From the IMG/VR virus record IMGVR_UViG_3300025109_000006: a stretch of 64,000 nucleotides of DNA. One strand, written 5' to 3'. The stretch's first letter is position 1, and each line of letters begins with the position of its first letter. A program made the position numbers and the translations under genes. The notes beneath the pieces are model-generated. The model ran no database searches and was not told where the DNA came from. It was given only the letters and a program-made list of their open reading frames with translations. This stretch comes from an uncultured virus (IMG/VR IMGVR_UViG_3300025109_000006). Lineage: Duplodnaviria > Heunggongvirae > Uroviricota > Caudoviricetes. Below, one piece after another: positions 54,407 through 64,000 of this stretch.

Positions 54407-56877
54407 TACTGATCTTTCCTATCGGGTACTCGGCCCAGAGGTGAGCCTTGTGTTGCGATACTCGTATCAAACGCAAACGCGGCAATTCGTAGTCGACCTA
54501 ACTCATAATTATCCCGCGAGGAAAGAACACGATCTTTTGCCTCAGACGCTTCTACCGGATCATTGAAAAGACGCTTAAATTCTTTCAAGCTACGAAGGGC
54601 TAAGTTTGACCCTGTCGCAATGTCAGTATTATACGGATCGATTGAATCAAAGTTATCTATCCCACTCGCGCTACCAAAATTCGGGTCGAACTTAGTCTCT
54701 GTTGGGCCAGGAAACCCGATAAGCTCAATCTCAAAAGCCCAAGAACTAACGTTATGTAAGTCTACTGGTACCTGACGCCAAAAAAGTCTCGGAGCATGCA
54801 GCTTAGATTCACCAAACTTAGCCGACCCAGCCACATCCTTGACCATATCAGACCCGTCATCAACACCAACAAGACGGAGATCCTGCATCTCTTGCACAGG
54901 TTTCCACGAATTGTTTTTGAACACACGAACAGTTGCATAACCATCCCACGCATCCTTCAAACCAACATAAAGACTACGAACATTGAGAGGAACCAATCCC
55001 CCCTCCGCCGAAACCATCCAACCCGAACGGTACCGAATACGCCTTGCAGGAGCGAAGTAATCGGTCGTTTGCCGGTTTAAAAGAAACACACGACTAAGGC
55101 TAAAGCTATCCAAGTCACTCGGGGGTGCGCCAGAAAGCCCGTATTGAACCTCGATCCGTTGCTCTCTCGGATCAGCACCAATTGCATACGTATGACGACG
55201 CCAATCATTAGATGATGTCATATCCGCAATGTGAATACCTAATGTTTGCCGCCGCCAATATTTACCGTCAAAGCAAAACATCAACTCGTTATTCTCAGTT
55301 CCTGCGGGAGCTAAAGCACACCGATACTCACCCGAATCACTGTCGATTGAGGCAACCGCCATATTCGCACGAGACAAATTCACATCAAGCTTAAAGGCCG
55401 AATCAATCGGAGCGCTCATTCGTACAATGTCGCCCAGTTGCTTCATGCCGTAAAAGCCGTCACGACCCAACCAAAATAGTGTGCCGTCCGCCCGCGCAGC
55501 AATGGAGCGGGGCGCAATGCAACCAACACCGAGAGACAACGGTTGTGGTGATGAGAAGTCTTCAGCAATTGCATACGTGGCGCTTTTTGTGAAGGCTAAG
55601 AGAACACCGTTGTGAGAGACGAGTCCTGTGATTTCTGCGCCACCGGCATCGGGATAGATGAAGTCTTGCTTCGGGAATGTGCCAGGAAACCCAGGATCCG
55701 AGCGACGAACAATCCCAGGGTCTGCAGGAGTGTTGCCAATGATTAAGCGGCCCTGGTGACTACAAGCAGTCCGAAAAATGGGGACGGGCTCAATCTCAGA
55801 CCAAGTAGTGCCTAAGTCAGAGTCTGAGTTGTTGTCGTCGTAAATGAATGACTTTGAGCCAGGGATGCGGGACAAGAAGCGGGGAGTATTGTCGACATGA
55901 AGTGTGTCGGGTGTACGGAAAATTCGAACCGCCGCTGTGTGCTCGGGGGCGTCAACGTTTACCGACACCAGAAAGCGTCGTGTGAGATCGTCAATTTCAG
56001 TCCCGTCTTTTACCTGGACTCTTTTACCCTCACTTGCTTTGTCGACTGACCCATAGGTATGCTTGTCACCGTCAATCGATTCGAATGGTTGGGCCTGACT
56101 TGCTTTAATCGATGCCGGTTCACTCACGGTCGAGAACGCCGAAAGATTGCCGAACAAGTCTTCAAATTGAATGTGGTAGTACCACTGACCAGAAAGGAGT
56201 GACCCTAAACGGCCCGCATACAAGTCACCTGGAGTACCGATTCTACCGGGCCAAGAGTAGCCAAGAGCATTTGGGTAATATTGGGGTACGTCGTCAAAGT
56301 CGGGTTGAGTGGGGCCAGAGATTAGTGGCGTCGAAGGCGACTTATCAAACCCAAGGTTGAACACTGACCCATCATAATTAATGATCCGCGCCCGATCCTC
56401 GCCGTTAGTCCAAACGATTTTGTCGTTGATTACAACATACTGGTCAGGAAACTTGGGGTTTGCCTCAGATGTTAACCCAGTCGCCAATGTCTCGAATGGG
56501 CGATCTACCCCGCCAGTGAACCGATAAAGCCAACTACCTGCGCGGTAGAGCAACATATTGGCGGAACCATTGAGAAGTGACGCCGCGAAAATACTGTGTG
56601 GCCGACGAGCCACCCAACCAAACTGGGTGTACTCTTTCGGGATCGCCACCTTCGTGCTCTCTGAGGTCTCACCATCGTATTCAAATTTTGAATTAAGTAA
56701 CGATGCTGACTCACCAATGCGTAGAATTGAGGGTCCTACAACGCTCTTTAAGACATCCTCCGCCTCAGTCTCGAGATTCTCAATATACCAAGCAAGGGTC
56801 ACAGGAGAATAAAGCCTGCGACCCTCACCCGGAGGAATGATAATCGTATTTACTGTCTGCCGAGCCGGTCCTGACAC
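54406..56877 (-). CDS. Tail nozzle / stabilization protein-like (tubular B / P22 gp10-like)
   Basis: Beta-propeller-type motifs GVGCIAPRSI...LFWLGRDGFY; size and position. Confidence 0.65.
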   Translation of the reverse strand: MSGPARQTVNTIIIPPGEGRRLYSPVTLAWYIENLETEAEDVLKSVVGPSILRIGESASLLNSKFEYDGETSESTKVAIPKEYTQFGWVARRPHSIFAASLLNGSANMLLYRAGSWLYRFTGGVDRPFETLATGLTSEANPKFPDQYVVINDKIVWTNGEDRARIINYDGSVFNLGFDKSPSTPLISGPTQPDFDDVPQYYPNALGYSWPGRIGTPGDLYAGRLGSLLSGQWYYHIQFEDLFGNLSAFSTVSEPASIKASQAQPFESIDGDKHTYGSVDKASEGKRVQVKDGTEIDDLTRRFLVSVNVDAPEHTAAVRIFRTPDTLHVDNTPRFLSRIPGSKSFIYDDNNSDSDLGTTWSEIEPVPIFRTACSHQGRLIIGNTPADPGIVRRSDPGFPGTFPKQDFIYPDAGGAEITGLVSHNGVLLAFTKSATYAIAEDFSSPQPLSLGVGCIAPRSIAARADGTLFWLGRDGFYGMKQLGDIVRMSAPIDSAFKLDVNLSRANMAVASIDSDSGEYRCALAPAGTENNELMFCFDGKYWRRQTLGIHIADMTSSNDWRRHTYAIGADPREQRIEVQYGLSGAPPSDLDSFSLSRVFLLNRQTTDYFAPARRIRYRSGWMVSAEGGLVPLNVRSLYVGLKDAWDGYATVRVFKNNSWKPVQEMQDLRLVGVDDGSDMVKDVAGSAKFGESKLHAPRLFWRQVPVDLHNVSSWAFEIELIGFPGPTETKFDPNFGSASGIDNFDSIDPYNTDIATGSNLALRSLKEFKRLFNDPVEASEAKDRVLSSRDNYELGRLRIAAFAFDTSIATQGSPLGRVPDRKDQ

Positions 56878-56891
56878 GCTACACCCTCAAG

Positions 56892-57398
56892 CTACATTGT
56901 GATTTCGTAACTCTTTTGCTTCCATGACTTCGAAAGCTTTTCTTTCACTGCCGGATTGCCCTTCAGTGCGGGCATCGATTTTAGTACACGAGACTGCCAC
57001 GACATGAATCGCTCACCATCCCACGGGGTCGGCACGACAAACACGTTACTGGCGGCTTCAGCGGCTGCTTTAACAGGATCTTCAATCTTCGCGTTCTTCG
57101 AGTCATCGCGAAGCAAAGACTTCGGCGGAATCCAACCAGTCTGACCCTTGTCGTAGGTCCAACCAACAGGCATCCAATCATGAGTGGTACGATGCTCCAC
57201 ATAACCTGTGACGTACTCGACCCCGTTCTTGGTCATCAATGTACCTGACCAATCCTCAGAATCAACCGACGCACTTAGAATGCTCACAACCATCGCTTCC
57301 TCATACTGACCGATTAAGTTCGTGCGATACACACGATCACCTACGTTCAAGCGCGGGATTGCTGTGAGTGTGGAGTAAAATTTCTTGACTTCAGACAT
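56892..57398 (-). CDS. Hypothetical protein
   Basis: GAGGT RBS; within the virion operon. Confidence 0.7.
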   Translation of the reverse strand: MSEVKKFYSTLTAIPRLNVGDRVYRTNLIGQYEEAMVVSILSASVDSEDWSGTLMTKNGVEYVTGYVEHRTTHDWMPVGWTYDKGQTGWIPPKSLLRDDSKNAKIEDPVKAAAEAASNVFVVPTPWDGERFMSWQSRVLKSMPALKGNPAVKEKLSKSWKQKSYEITM

Positions 57399-57444
57399 AG
57401 ACTACCTCTGTTGTTGTTCCTCCCGGAATGGGAGCCAAACCAAA

Positions 57445-59340
57445 TTAATCGGTCGTATTACCGAATGTACCATAACGGTTATTAGAACGATAACCAGTAA
57501 ACGGTACGGGCTCGACAATACCACCAGGATTTGTGTACCGTTCGCGAAAGACGCGGACTAAATCTTGATAGCGGCCCAAATGAGCCGCCGCACTCGTCTG
57601 GTCATTACCGTCATCTAAACTAATATAATGAAGCGCCAACTCAAGTAGCGCGGGGACGGCATCACGTTGAATCGGTGCCGTATCTTGCGGGTCAACGTAC
57701 TTAGGTGGTAGGCGCAGCACACGAAAATCCAACTCATATCGAGCGTCTTGATGAGGGAATACTTTCCACGCATAGTAGCCAGTGCTGTGCTTCAACGGAC
57801 GGTGATAGTCATAAAGCTGGGCGCCATTCCACACAACACGAGCCGACTTAATCAAACCAGAGTCGGTCAAAATGCCGGGGGGTATCGTCTTACCGGCGTC
57901 CGAAAGAGCTTGGACATGATCGTAGGTAGGCTCAACCTCACAAAGAAGATAAAACTTTTCACCCGTCTCAACACCGTTAAACTCACCAACACCACGACTT
58001 TTCTTCGCTCGATGAGCCACATAGTATCGGATACGTAAACCAGATCGACCGAAACGCGCATACGTTGAGTCACCAAAACCCAACATAGCGTCAATGTTCG
58101 TCGCAGATAGAAGTAAGGCACCATCTGAACCATCAAGTGCCTTCTGGTTGATCACCGTCGACGGAGACGGCGCACTCTCCCATACCGGATCGTGAACACC
58201 TGTAGACACTGCAACATCTGATGGTTGAGTCGTCGCATCGTAGGCCCAGGTTAGATTAAAACTACCGTCATGATTTTGATCGCCGACCGGGGCGATTGAA
58301 GGTGACTGCTGCCATTCATCATCCCGGCGACCCCACACATAAGTGTATCGGATGGCCCAAGTACCCTCTCTCAGCGACTTTGAACTCGACCACTTAAAGT
58401 CGGCCTCATCCGGGGGCAAATCGGGAAGCGTGACACCAGATACAACCGTCGTTGTAAGCCCCATAGGTACGACGTTACCCTGATTGTCATACACATTCGG
58501 TTCGTTCGGGTCGTTCGGGTCGTTCCCCGGTTGAGGTGTTCCCCCAGAGGCTGAGGGCGGCTCAAGAGTAACCTCGTCCACACTCTCATCAGGAACAATC
58601 TTCGGTCTCTTTAGATTAACCTGAACAATCTCAGGAGCTTCTGTTGGTGCCGGTAGCTGAAAGTGACGGCCCCGCCAGCACCGATAAGGTCGGCCCTTTG
58701 ACTCGCCCTGGAAGTCCACCATGTCTTGACGGCTGGCACCTGCCGTGTCCATCTTCCACACCTGCTGGCGGCTACTATCATAGATTCTCGCTGGCTCGAG
58801 AACCTCCATGACATCGTCCATCAAGAAAAACTCAGGCTGATAGATACGAAACGTAGGTATGTCAGAGTCAGTGGGGATTAAGTCTGCCAATGGTCTGTCA
58901 AGCGTTACAAAGTAGTAAATTACACTGTCAATTGTCTTCTTAAACCACTCACGACTCTGTCGGCGACGAACACGACCATCCCCGTACGTGAACTCAAGGT
59001 GCATTACACCGTCCCACTCACCCGTAACCGTGGGCCGCCAAGTAGTCTTACTACTAGCAGCAATAGAAGTCGTTCCAGTTGAATCAGAAAAGTAGAGAAG
59101 TCGCTTGTCGTTGCCGTAACTAATTGCGGAGGCGTCTACCGCCGCGTCAGTACTCAGCACATCGGGAAACAATGCCACATGCTGCTCGTCAGGAATAAGC
59201 GCCTCAGGCACATCTCCTGCCAGTCGATCCAGGGCAAGGTTCAACCCAGCGCGGATTCGGCGATCAAGGGTCGGGCCAGTCGAATCCCACGACCGCAAAG
59301 CAAACAAGCGCGACATCAAAGAACCCAAAGAAACGTCCAC
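57445..59340 (-). CDS. Head-tail adaptor-like protein with large insertion
   Basis: N-terminal helices (IRAGLNLALDRL) and C-terminal KVFP...LLELAL...RYQ pattern of podovirus adaptors. Confidence 0.55.
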   Translation of the reverse strand: MDVSLGSLMSRLFALRSWDSTGPTLDRRIRAGLNLALDRLAGDVPEALIPDEQHVALFPDVLSTDAAVDASAISYGNDKRLLYFSDSTGTTSIAASSKTTWRPTVTGEWDGVMHLEFTYGDGRVRRRQSREWFKKTIDSVIYYFVTLDRPLADLIPTDSDIPTFRIYQPEFFLMDDVMEVLEPARIYDSSRQQVWKMDTAGASRQDMVDFQGESKGRPYRCWRGRHFQLPAPTEAPEIVQVNLKRPKIVPDESVDEVTLEPPSASGGTPQPGNDPNDPNEPNVYDNQGNVVPMGLTTTVVSGVTLPDLPPDEADFKWSSSKSLREGTWAIRYTYVWGRRDDEWQQSPSIAPVGDQNHDGSFNLTWAYDATTQPSDVAVSTGVHDPVWESAPSPSTVINQKALDGSDGALLLSATNIDAMLGFGDSTYARFGRSGLRIRYYVAHRAKKSRGVGEFNGVETGEKFYLLCEVEPTYDHVQALSDAGKTIPPGILTDSGLIKSARVVWNGAQLYDYHRPLKHSTGYYAWKVFPHQDARYELDFRVLRLPPKYVDPQDTAPIQRDAVPALLELALHYISLDDGNDQTSAAAHLGRYQDLVRVFRERYTNPGGIVEPVPFTGYRSNNRYGTFGNTTD

Positions 59341-59349
59341 AGGACCTCC

Positions 59350-59388
59350 AAAAGACGAAGGGGGCGGGACCCGAAAGCCACGCCCCCT
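59350..59388 (-). terminator. Terminator-like hairpin after the capsid genes
   Basis: AGGGGGCG/CGCCCCCT stem followed by TCGTCTTTT on the - strand. Confidence 0.65.
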
Positions 59389-59410
59389 AAGTGTATCACG
59401 TAGTGACTAA

Positions 59411-59926
59411 CTACCACACAGGCATCGAGATAACGGCTGTGATCTTATCGCCGGTAGAGCCGCTGTTGGCTTCAAGAGCCATACCAAAGACACACCCCAG
59501 GTTGTCGACAGTTGCGTCAGCATCGCGGGTGAGGGTCGTCGCATTCGCAGAGGCAGCAGACACCAAACGGTCGCCTTGAGCCACGGTAGAGACGGCACCC
59601 ACCTCACATACACCCTTCGCAACGATCCAACCATACTTACCGGCAGCAATTGCGTGGCCAGCCACCCCAAGAACACGGTGCACATGAAGTGTCGTGGTGG
59701 AGAGGATTGCATGGTAAGGAGCGTAATCACTGTCGAGGAACAACACGTCGCCCTCGGCAAGCGCAGTTGACTCTTCGTCGTTATAAACGAAGATCCATTC
59801 CCGGTCACCGTAGTGAGTCGAGTTGGCTGCAGTTACCTCGTCAGCAGGTTGCACATACCGCGTACCCAAAGGATATGCCTCAAAGTCGTAAGCGGTTGAA
59901 ATAGCGTCTGTTTTAACAGTTCCCAT
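59411..59926 (-). CDS. Capsid decoration/cement-like protein
   Basis: Directly after the MCP; GVAGHAIAAGKYGWIVAKG motif. Confidence 0.7.
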   Translation of the reverse strand: MGTVKTDAISTAYDFEAYPLGTRYVQPADEVTAANSTHYGDREWIFVYNDEESTALAEGDVLFLDSDYAPYHAILSTTTLHVHRVLGVAGHAIAAGKYGWIVAKGVCEVGAVSTVAQGDRLVSAASANATTLTRDADATVDNLGCVFGMALEANSGSTGDKITAVISMPVW

Positions 59927-59938
59927 GATGTACCCCCC

Positions 59939-61003
59939 TTATACCGCGCCGCCGGAAACACAACCCTGAGCCGGAAGCTTAGTGCAGATCATGTTGCCTT
60001 GCATTGCAAAGATTGCGGTCACCACGTCTTGATCGCCAACCCGTTCCTTGAATTCCGAGATGTTCGGGGCTTCAAGCATTGGGAACTCGATGTAGTCCGT
60101 GTTGAGCATGTAAGTAACTCCACCAGCAGGGTCAGTCGCTCCTGTGAAGGCCGACGTGTCTGTGCGGTCCAAGTCGATAGACGAGGTAACAGAAGCAAGT
60201 CCAAGGGAAAGACCCAAGGTGTTGCTCTTGTCAATCTTGTCATCAACGAGAGTTACGCGAACATTTGAGGCACGATCGTCCTCAAACTTGGTGTAGGTGT
60301 CGTCATCCATGATGATCAGATCAGGACCCTTACCTACGCCACCAGCATAATGCGAGCATTGACGATATGTCTTGCGCATTACCTGCATTCCGTCTGTCGC
60401 CCAAGTACCAATGTCGTTGTACTGGTTGAAGTGGAAGTAGCTGCTGCTCTTGTCCACACCCTGGACTTCCTGGGACTGAGAACCTGGTGCCACAAAGTCA
60501 AGAAGACCATGAGTCACACCGGCTCCAATACCGGATTCCTTTTGACCGTTGAGTGTCAACAAACCAAGAAGCTCAGACGTTTGAAAAGCAAGACCCCGAC
60601 TCACACCAGTGAGAAGAAACTTGTTCAAGTCTGCCTTAGCTGCTTCCATTGCAGTTTGAGGATATTCCTCAATAAGTCGAATAACCGCCAACTTACCACT
60701 GTTCTGGTTTAGCTCCCGCTTGGGAATGTTGATGGCCATAACCATACGATGAGGCTCAACAGAAAACTTCTTGATCTGTTGGCGCCGGGTCATGTTCAGT
60801 AGCTCGTCGCCGACGTAGACACCAACACCACGGGCAGGGGCACCACCGGAGAAGGAACGCTCAATCTTTGTTCCTCCCTCCATGGGCATCCGAGCCTTAG
60901 CGTTAAGTGCTTCGAACAACTCATTGCTACGAACAAACGAATTTACCAGAGGTCCACGGAGATCCGCGAACGTAGAGTTCAGTAGTTCAGTACTGATAGT
61001 CAT
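59939..61003 (-). CDS. Major capsid protein (HK97 fold)
   Basis: 354 aa; LVNSFVRSNELF, GGTKIE, PDLIIMD, TYMLNTDYI and GNMICT pattern of phage MCPs. Confidence 0.85.
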   Translation of the reverse strand: MTISTELLNSTFADLRGPLVNSFVRSNELFEALNAKARMPMEGGTKIERSFSGGAPARGVGVYVGDELLNMTRRQQIKKFSVEPHRMVMAINIPKRELNQNSGKLAVIRLIEEYPQTAMEAAKADLNKFLLTGVSRGLAFQTSELLGLLTLNGQKESGIGAGVTHGLLDFVAPGSQSQEVQGVDKSSSYFHFNQYNDIGTWATDGMQVMRKTYRQCSHYAGGVGKGPDLIIMDDDTYTKFEDDRASNVRVTLVDDKIDKSNTLGLSLGLASVTSSIDLDRTDTSAFTGATDPAGGVTYMLNTDYIEFPMLEAPNISEFKERVGDQDVVTAIFAMQGNMICTKLPAQGCVSGGAV

Positions 61004-61224
61004 TTTATTCTCGCTGTAATTGTATTAGAAAAAAACTTTTCGCCTGCCCGTGACGCACAATACTGGACCTATAAGGCTGCCCAGCACATCTTTTGGGTGC
61101 ATAATCTGTATACAACACATACTATAATTGCGCAAGTAAGAGACTTTCACATTGTCAATATTTATGACTTATTCCGGCACGTAATACAGTCACTTAGGCA
61201 GATAAGCGTCATCATGATACCATA

Positions 61225-62892
61225 GTGGCTATGACAGCAACCAACGCAAAAAAGCGTAAACGTAAAAGTGTAACTACTGGTGGCGCAGAATATGCCACCG
61301 CACCAGGCATCCATGATGGAAAGGTTCGAGCCCTGTTCGCAACCCCCGATGCCTTTGTGTCTATGTGCCAAATTGTGCGAGAGGACGAATCAACAGGGTA
61401 CATGGAACCCACACATACGCAGAGGAAACTACTGGAAGCTTACGACCAAAATCGTTGGCTTATGGTAAACAAGTTCCGTCAAGCGAAGATCACTACGATT
61501 TCAGTCATGTTGCTACTAAGAGATTGTATGTACCTCAGCGGCGTCAAGGGCCTGCTTATTGCAGAACGTCAAGACACGGCGGAAGACATCTTTGAACGCA
61601 TACTATTCGCATACAACAGGCTGCCTGCCGATGTCCGAATGCCGCTGACGCCAGGGAAAAAGGCGGGCGCCACACAGATGCAATTCTGTCACGGAGGGGG
61701 CATTAAAGTCTTGACGGCGGGCGGAAGGTCTCCAGCCATCGGTCGATCCATTGACCGTCTCGTAATCACAGAATTCGGTGAGGCTCAATGGCAACGCAAA
61801 GCCGCGATTAATATTTTCCCCACTGTAAACAAACGCCCCAACGCTAAAGTCATATTGGAATCAACACCAGGGCGAGCGGGCTCACACCATGAACAGATGT
61901 GGCGGTCGGCGCTAGAAGGTTCAAGTCGATTTCATCCGCTGTTCCTTGAGTGGTGGGAAGATGAAAGTTGTAGAGAGCCTGACGATAGCTTTCAGCCTTC
62001 AGCGCCTGAACTTGAATATATGAGTCGTCATGATGGAATGAGCATCCACAACTTAGCCTTTCGGCGCAAAGGACTAAATACAGAGTTCGTCGGAGACACA
62101 AGACTGTTCTCGTGTAAGTACCCGTCAGACTCTTACGATGGGTGGCTGGGTAGTACAAACCCCGTAATGCCCGCAGAAATCCTGAAGCCCCTACTCGAAA
62201 AGGCCACCGTTGAGCCACTACTCGGTGGTCACGCTTGCCATGAATTTGAACCACCTAAGCCTGGACATCAATACCTGGTCACCGCTGACCCCGCAGGCTT
62301 CGGTAGTACAGGTGATAAATCAGCGCTAACTGTTTGGGACGCCACCGAATGGAAAGAGATTGCCTTCTGGGAAGATCGAGAAACGCCTGACCGATTCGCA
62401 CAAAGACTAAAGGTTGTACAGAAAAGATACCTCGGCGCACTGCTCGCCGTTGAGTCCAACGCCACAGCATGTATCGCTATCTTGAAAGACCAAGAGACAC
62501 GAAACTTACTCTGGACCGATAGAAATCACCCAGGTTGGTACGCGACACAAAAACGGCTACAAGAGTCTGAAGCGCGACTCGTTCAAATGCTAAGGCAACA
62601 TGAACTAAATATACAAAGTCGCGGAATGCTCCACCAATTACTGAACTATGACGGCACACGAAAGAAACGCATTCGGGGCGAAGATGGTACAATTCACCAC
62701 TTCGACCGCGCTAGAACAGCGGTTATGGCTGCTGACATTCTGTCCCGGAGACATTTCTCGCACGAAGCAACTGAAGTACAATCGGAATACTTGCCGGGAC
62801 AAGTTACAATCAAACAACTAGATAGAATTAAGAGTCATAAAAGACGCGAAGCAAAATCACCCTTTAAACCTGCATCACAAATCTGGAAATAA
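61225..62892 (+). CDS. terL: Terminase large subunit
   Basis: KFRQAKITT (Walker A region), LVITEFG, ILESTP, RNase H-like VTADPAG, LAVESN, HFDRA. Confidence 0.9.
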   Translation: MAMTATNAKKRKRKSVTTGGAEYATAPGIHDGKVRALFATPDAFVSMCQIVREDESTGYMEPTHTQRKLLEAYDQNRWLMVNKFRQAKITTISVMLLLRDCMYLSGVKGLLIAERQDTAEDIFERILFAYNRLPADVRMPLTPGKKAGATQMQFCHGGGIKVLTAGGRSPAIGRSIDRLVITEFGEAQWQRKAAINIFPTVNKRPNAKVILESTPGRAGSHHEQMWRSALEGSSRFHPLFLEWWEDESCREPDDSFQPSAPELEYMSRHDGMSIHNLAFRRKGLNTEFVGDTRLFSCKYPSDSYDGWLGSTNPVMPAEILKPLLEKATVEPLLGGHACHEFEPPKPGHQYLVTADPAGFGSTGDKSALTVWDATEWKEIAFWEDRETPDRFAQRLKVVQKRYLGALLAVESNATACIAILKDQETRNLLWTDRNHPGWYATQKRLQESEARLVQMLRQHELNIQSRGMLHQLLNYDGTRKKRIRGEDGTIHHFDRARTAVMAADILSRRHFSHEATEVQSEYLPGQVTIKQLDRIKSHKRREAKSPFKPASQIWK

Positions 62893-62893
62893 A

Positions 62894-63088
62894 ATGGCCG
62901 ACTACAAGGCAAAAAAAGACGCAATGGCAAAGCAGGCAGCAATAGATGAAGCTGCCAGGAAGAAAAAAATCGAAGGCCAGTCCGACGAAGAAAACGCCAA
63001 ACAATTAAGTGAGACGAAAGAGATCACGCATGAAGAGATTGACGAGAAGACCGCTAATCTGGCCAAGTTCTTCAAGAAGAAAAAATAG
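62894..63088 (+). CDS. Small charged protein
   Basis: Coupled between TerL and portal. Confidence 0.6.
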   Translation: MADYKAKKDAMAKQAAIDEAARKKKIEGQSDEENAKQLSETKEITHEEIDEKTANLAKFFKKKK

Positions 63089-63094
63089 GTCACT

Positions 63095-64000
63095 ATGTCT
63101 AAGCTGTCAAAACTGATCGATCGGCATCTTAATTTCTATAAGCGAGCCGAAAAGAAAGACTTCGATAAAGCCCGTAGGTTCTATCGAGGTAACTTCTTTT
63201 CTGGCGGCGATAGCGACCTCCAAGGCCTTAGCGGGTCGTCCTATCTGTGCTCAAAGAACATTATCTATGCCATCGCAGATACGGCAGTCAGCGCCTTGTT
63301 GGGGCCAAACCCATCAGTAGGCGCCGTCGCAAGAACACCCGTGTCTCAAGATGCGTCCCCTGCGGTGACAGGCCTGGTCGAGTATGTGTTTGAAACAAAC
63401 AACTTTCGACGCAAAGCAGCTACGGCACTAATCGATGCCGTGCTCTGTAAACGTGGCATCTTTAAGACGGGGTGGGATGCGAAAAAAGACGTACCCATTA
63501 TTCGGGCAATCAACCCCTCTAGTATATTCTTCGACCTTACCGTGCGAGACTCAGACGATATCCGATACTGGATTGAAGCGACGGTTATCTCCTTCGATGA
63601 GTTTAAGGCGCGAGTAAAGTCTGGGCAGTACAAATCCGAATTGGTCAAAGAAGTTACTCCAGACCGATACCCAAAGTGGCTGCTCGACGAAAACCAGAAA
63701 AGCACCACAGATACTGTTCGTGACGCATTTCAATGGGTGACCGTCTACGAGTATTACGATCGCGAACGCGGCATTATGCAGCACTACATTAAGCAAGCTG
63801 ATGCCATCGTGTTCGAAGATAAGATCGACTACATCCCGTACAGCATGTTCACACTCAACCAATCAGGAATTGATTGCCTGGGCTTGAGTGAGGTACAGCT
63901 TGTTCTAAAACAACAAGAAACTATCAACGATCTGCTCACACACATGAAGCAAATCACGTACCTTCAAATTCCGAGAGTCATGTACGACTCCGGTCGAGTG
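63095..64000 (+). CDS. Portal protein (partial; runs off the window)
   Basis: ATG 63095; translation includes NIIYAIADTAVSALLGPNP, DAVLCKRGIFKTGW, INPSSIFFD as in podovirus-type portals. Confidence 0.85.
   Translation, partial: MSKLSKLIDRHLNFYKRAEKKDFDKARRFYRGNFFSGGDSDLQGLSGSSYLCSKNIIYAIADTAVSALLGPNPSVGAVARTPVSQDASPAVTGLVEYVFETNNFRRKAATALIDAVLCKRGIFKTGWDAKKDVPIIRAINPSSIFFDLTVRDSDDIRYWIEATVISFDEFKARVKSGQYKSELVKEVTPDRYPKWLLDENQKSTTDTVRDAFQWVTVYEYYDRERGIMQHYIKQADAIVFEDKIDYIPYSMFTLNQSGIDCLGLSEVQLVLKQQETINDLLTHMKQITYLQIPRVMYDSGRV

Noticed and set aside
19522..62892. Alternative genetic code explaining odd catalytic motifs
   Set aside because: Substitutions involve different codons (His, Lys, Trp) and long ORFs are intact under the standard code
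1..64000. Integrase, transposase, rRNA or host chromosomal genes
   Set aside because: No recognisable motifs; the whole window reads as phage sequence

Overview
This window is a 64-kb segment of a tailed dsDNA bacteriophage genome, probably podovirus-like (no tape measure or sheath; several large internal-virion-type proteins). The host cannot be determined from the sequence. Layout: (i) 0.7-15.2 kb, a + strand block of about 40 mostly small early/accessory genes (SSB, DUF932-like, Cys-rich proteins), preceded by an iteron-like origin candidate. (ii) 15.3-30.2 kb, a mainly - strand replication module: TerS-like HTH, DUF927 helicase-like, Rad50-like ATPase, UDG-fused family A DNA polymerase, SSB-like, AAA, PD-(D/E)XK nuclease, SNF2 helicase and XRE regulator. 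(iii) 30.2-61.0 kb, a - strand lysis and virion module with a 2973-aa polyvalent protein and the major capsid protein. (iv) 61.2-64 kb, a divergent + strand large terminase and portal (truncated at the window end). The standout is a compact locus at 7.7-9.3 kb: a stand-alone RAMP/Cas7-like gene plus a partner gene, flanked by four non-coding units of 12-13 pentamers. Each pentamer is NN-DCC on + (GGH-NN on -), and the units share leaders and linkers. This looks like a non-CRISPR RNA-guided system whose guide information lies in the variable dinucleotides; one unit decodes to an excisionase-type HTH motif if every third target base is skipped. Other leads are two candidate structured small RNAs, a polymerase with His at the steric-gate position, and enzymatic cassettes inside the giant virion protein. 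All family assignments come from motif recognition by eye; no database searches were run.
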